Source: Syntrophomonadaceae bacterium (GTDB lineage Bacteria; Bacillota; Syntrophomonadia; Syntrophomonadales; Syntrophomonadaceae). From it: a stretch of 64,000 nucleotides of DNA. The DNA is taken from NCBI GenBank assembly GCA_050949825.1, contig JBMNGL010000013.1, positions 11,038 to 75,037 on the forward strand. Reading direction: 5' to 3'. This document shows, in pieces, positions 62,399-64,000 of this stretch. The position numbers were made by a program, and so were the translations under genes. Within the stretch, counting starts at the first letter, position 1. Each line of letters begins with the position of its first letter. The notes beneath the pieces are model-generated. The model was not told the origin of the DNA, ran no database searches, and worked only from the letters and a program-made list of their open reading frames with translations.

Positions 62399-64000
62399 CC
62401 TACTATTATCCTGATACTGAACCCCCGGCCCTGGATAAAATCAATTTGGATATTCACGAGGGGCAAATGATTCTGCTATTGGGCGGCTCCGGCAGCGGAA
62501 AATCGAGCCTGGTGCGCGCCATAGCCGGGTTGATTCCTGAATATTACGGCGGGACATACCAGGGCAAAGTGCTGCTGAACAAGCAGGAGATATTAAAGAT
62601 GGACCGCCGTACGGTGGCGCAGCAGGTGGGCCTGGTATTTCAAGATCCGGAAAGCCAGCTGGTTATGACCGGTGTGGAGCAGGAAGTGGTGTTCGGCATG
62701 GAGAACCTGGGCTTGCCCAATAAGCTGATGAAGCGGCGGGTCATGGAAGTCACCAGTGCTTTGAGCATTACCGAGTACCTGCATCATTTCATACCGGAAT
62801 TGTCGGGAGGGCAGAAGCAAAAGGTGGCTTTGGCCTCCGTACTGGCCATGCAGCCGCGCATATTGCTGCTGGATGAACCTACCTCACAGTTGGATCCTGT
62901 CGCCGGTGAAGAGATTCTGACCATGGTAAGAAGGCTTAACGAAGACAATGGTATAACCGTGGTTTTGGTGGAGCAGCGCCTGGAAAGATGTTTTCATTTG
63001 GCGGATCGCATCCTGGTCATGGAGCGGGGCAAGATTATCCACGACCAAACCAACCCGGCATCTCCGGGCCAATTGGCCTTTGCCAGGGACATCCCCTGCC
63101 TGCCGCCTTTGGCACAGTTGTTTATGCGGGCCGGCTCCTCTGAAATTCCCGCCACGGTAAAGCAAGGCCGCCGCATTATCAGATCCTATGCGGTCCCGGA
63201 TGCCGTCTATGCGGCAATGCCCGCTGATAAACCCCGCCGGGATCAGCAGATGGGCCAGAAGTCAGAATTGTTGGCAATAAGCAGCCTGTGGTTCTCCTAC
63301 CCCCATGGCAAGGAAGTGTTGAAAAATGTTAATTTTAAGATAAATGCGGGGGATTTTATTGTGCTTATGGGGGAAAACGGCGCCGGAAAAACCACCCTTA
63401 TGAAACAGATTAACGGTCTGTTAAAGCCGGACCGGGGACAGGTAGTCTTCCTGGGGCAGGACACCAAACATCGTTCGGTGGAGGATATGGCCGCGGATAT
63501 CGGCTACCTGTCGCAAAACCCCAGTGATTATCTATTCCTGCCCACAGTGCGCGATGAAATGGATTTCACCTTGCACAACCTGGGGCTTACAGATGACGGA
63601 TACAGCCGACAGCTCCTGGAAGGTTTGGGAATCGATGGCTGCCTGGAGATCAACCCGCGTGATTTGAGCACCGGGCAGCGGCAGAGGGTGGCCCTGGCTT
63701 CGGTTTTGCTCAGCCGACCCAAACTGCTCTTGCTGGATGAACCGACGCGAGGGTTGGATTATGTTTTGAAGGAGCAGTTAGGGGCCATTTTGAAGCATAT
63801 TCAGGCCCGGGGAACGGCGATTCTGGTCATTACTCATGATGTGGAATTCGCAGCGGAATTCGCTGATGAAATTGCATTAATGGACCAGGGGGGCATTATT
63901 GCCCAGGGAGACAAGTATTCCATGCTGTCCAATTCCACTTTTTATTCCCCGCAAACCAGCAAGCTGTTTAACAATATCGCCGATGGCATAGTCACTATGG
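62371..64000 (+). CDS. ECF transporter ATPase, duplicated ABC domains (EcfA-EcfA' fusion), 3' end outside the window
   Basis: ATG 62371 overlaps the EcfT stop. There are two Walker A motifs (GGSGSGKSS, GENGAGKTT), two signature motifs (LSGGQKQ, LSTGQRQ) and two Walker B motifs (LLLDEP twice). The frame is open to base 64000. It is absent from the ORF track because no stop lies in the window. Confidence 0.85.
   Translation, partial: MPVIAIKDLTYYYPDTEPPALDKINLDIHEGQMILLLGGSGSGKSSLVRAIAGLIPEYYGGTYQGKVLLNKQEILKMDRRTVAQQVGLVFQDPESQLVMTGVEQEVVFGMENLGLPNKLMKRRVMEVTSALSITEYLHHFIPELSGGQKQKVALASVLAMQPRILLLDEPTSQLDPVAGEEILTMVRRLNEDNGITVVLVEQRLERCFHLADRILVMERGKIIHDQTNPASPGQLAFARDIPCLPPLAQLFMRAGSSEIPATVKQGRRIIRSYAVPDAVYAAMPADKPRRDQQMGQKSELLAISSLWFSYPHGKEVLKNVNFKINAGDFIVLMGENGAGKTTLMKQINGLLKPDRGQVVFLGQDTKHRSVEDMAADIGYLSQNPSDYLFLPTVRDEMDFTLHNLGLTDDGYSRQLLEGLGIDGCLEINPRDLSTGQRQRVALASVLLSRPKLLLLDEPTRGLDYVLKEQLGAILKHIQARGTAILVITHDVEFAAEFADEIALMDQGGIIAQGDKYSMLSNSTFYSPQTSKLFNNIADGIVTM

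Noticed and set aside
1-64000. tRNA, tmRNA or rRNA genes as integration targets
   Set aside because: I found no tRNA-like T-arm/acceptor patterns or rRNA-like sequence by eye. The island boundary that is visible lies in comM instead.

Overview
The window appears to come from a Gram-positive, Clostridia/Peptococcaceae-like chromosome (SLH domains, spore-former-type genes). It splits into two parts. Part 1 (1 to ~35.8 kb) is a composite mobile island that ends inside a disrupted comM (yifB) gene next to dprA. It starts with the late region of a siphovirus-type prophage: terminase (cut by the window edge), portal, ClpP-like protease, HK97 capsid, connectors, major tail protein, tail chaperone, tape measure, tail tip, holin and amidase-SPOR endolysin. 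A complete Ll.LtrB-like group IIA intron (8149-10619) sits in the -1 frameshift extension of the tail chaperone gene. A Phd/ParE toxin-antitoxin moron lies between the chaperone and the tape measure. After the lysis genes come four large-serine-recombinase (LSR) modules in a row. The first gene is frameshifted and the last two modules are fused in one 1,239-codon ORF. Next come IS110- and IS256-family insertions, an Abi_2 abortive-infection gene, diverged copies of the element terminus, and a ParB-like nuclease-fold gene. They are followed by a three-gene Mu/Tn552-like transposon (zinc-ribbon protein, DDE transposase, AAA+ ATPase) that truncates a fifth, decayed LSR copy. Part 2 (~36.7-64 kb) is chromosome: dprA, then single-gene segments separated by a 23-nt direct repeat and a related 30-nt palindrome, and housekeeping genes (sensor kinase, LtaS-like, deacetylase, GT2, htpG). 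It also holds a 1.35-kb hierarchical non-coding repeat array and a cobalamin-riboswitch-controlled locus. That locus encodes an SLH-anchored protein with transcobalamin-like domains, a DUF4430 lipoprotein and ECF transporter components (cut by the window edge). No tRNA, rRNA or CRISPR array was found. All family names come from motif recognition by eye and no searches were run.
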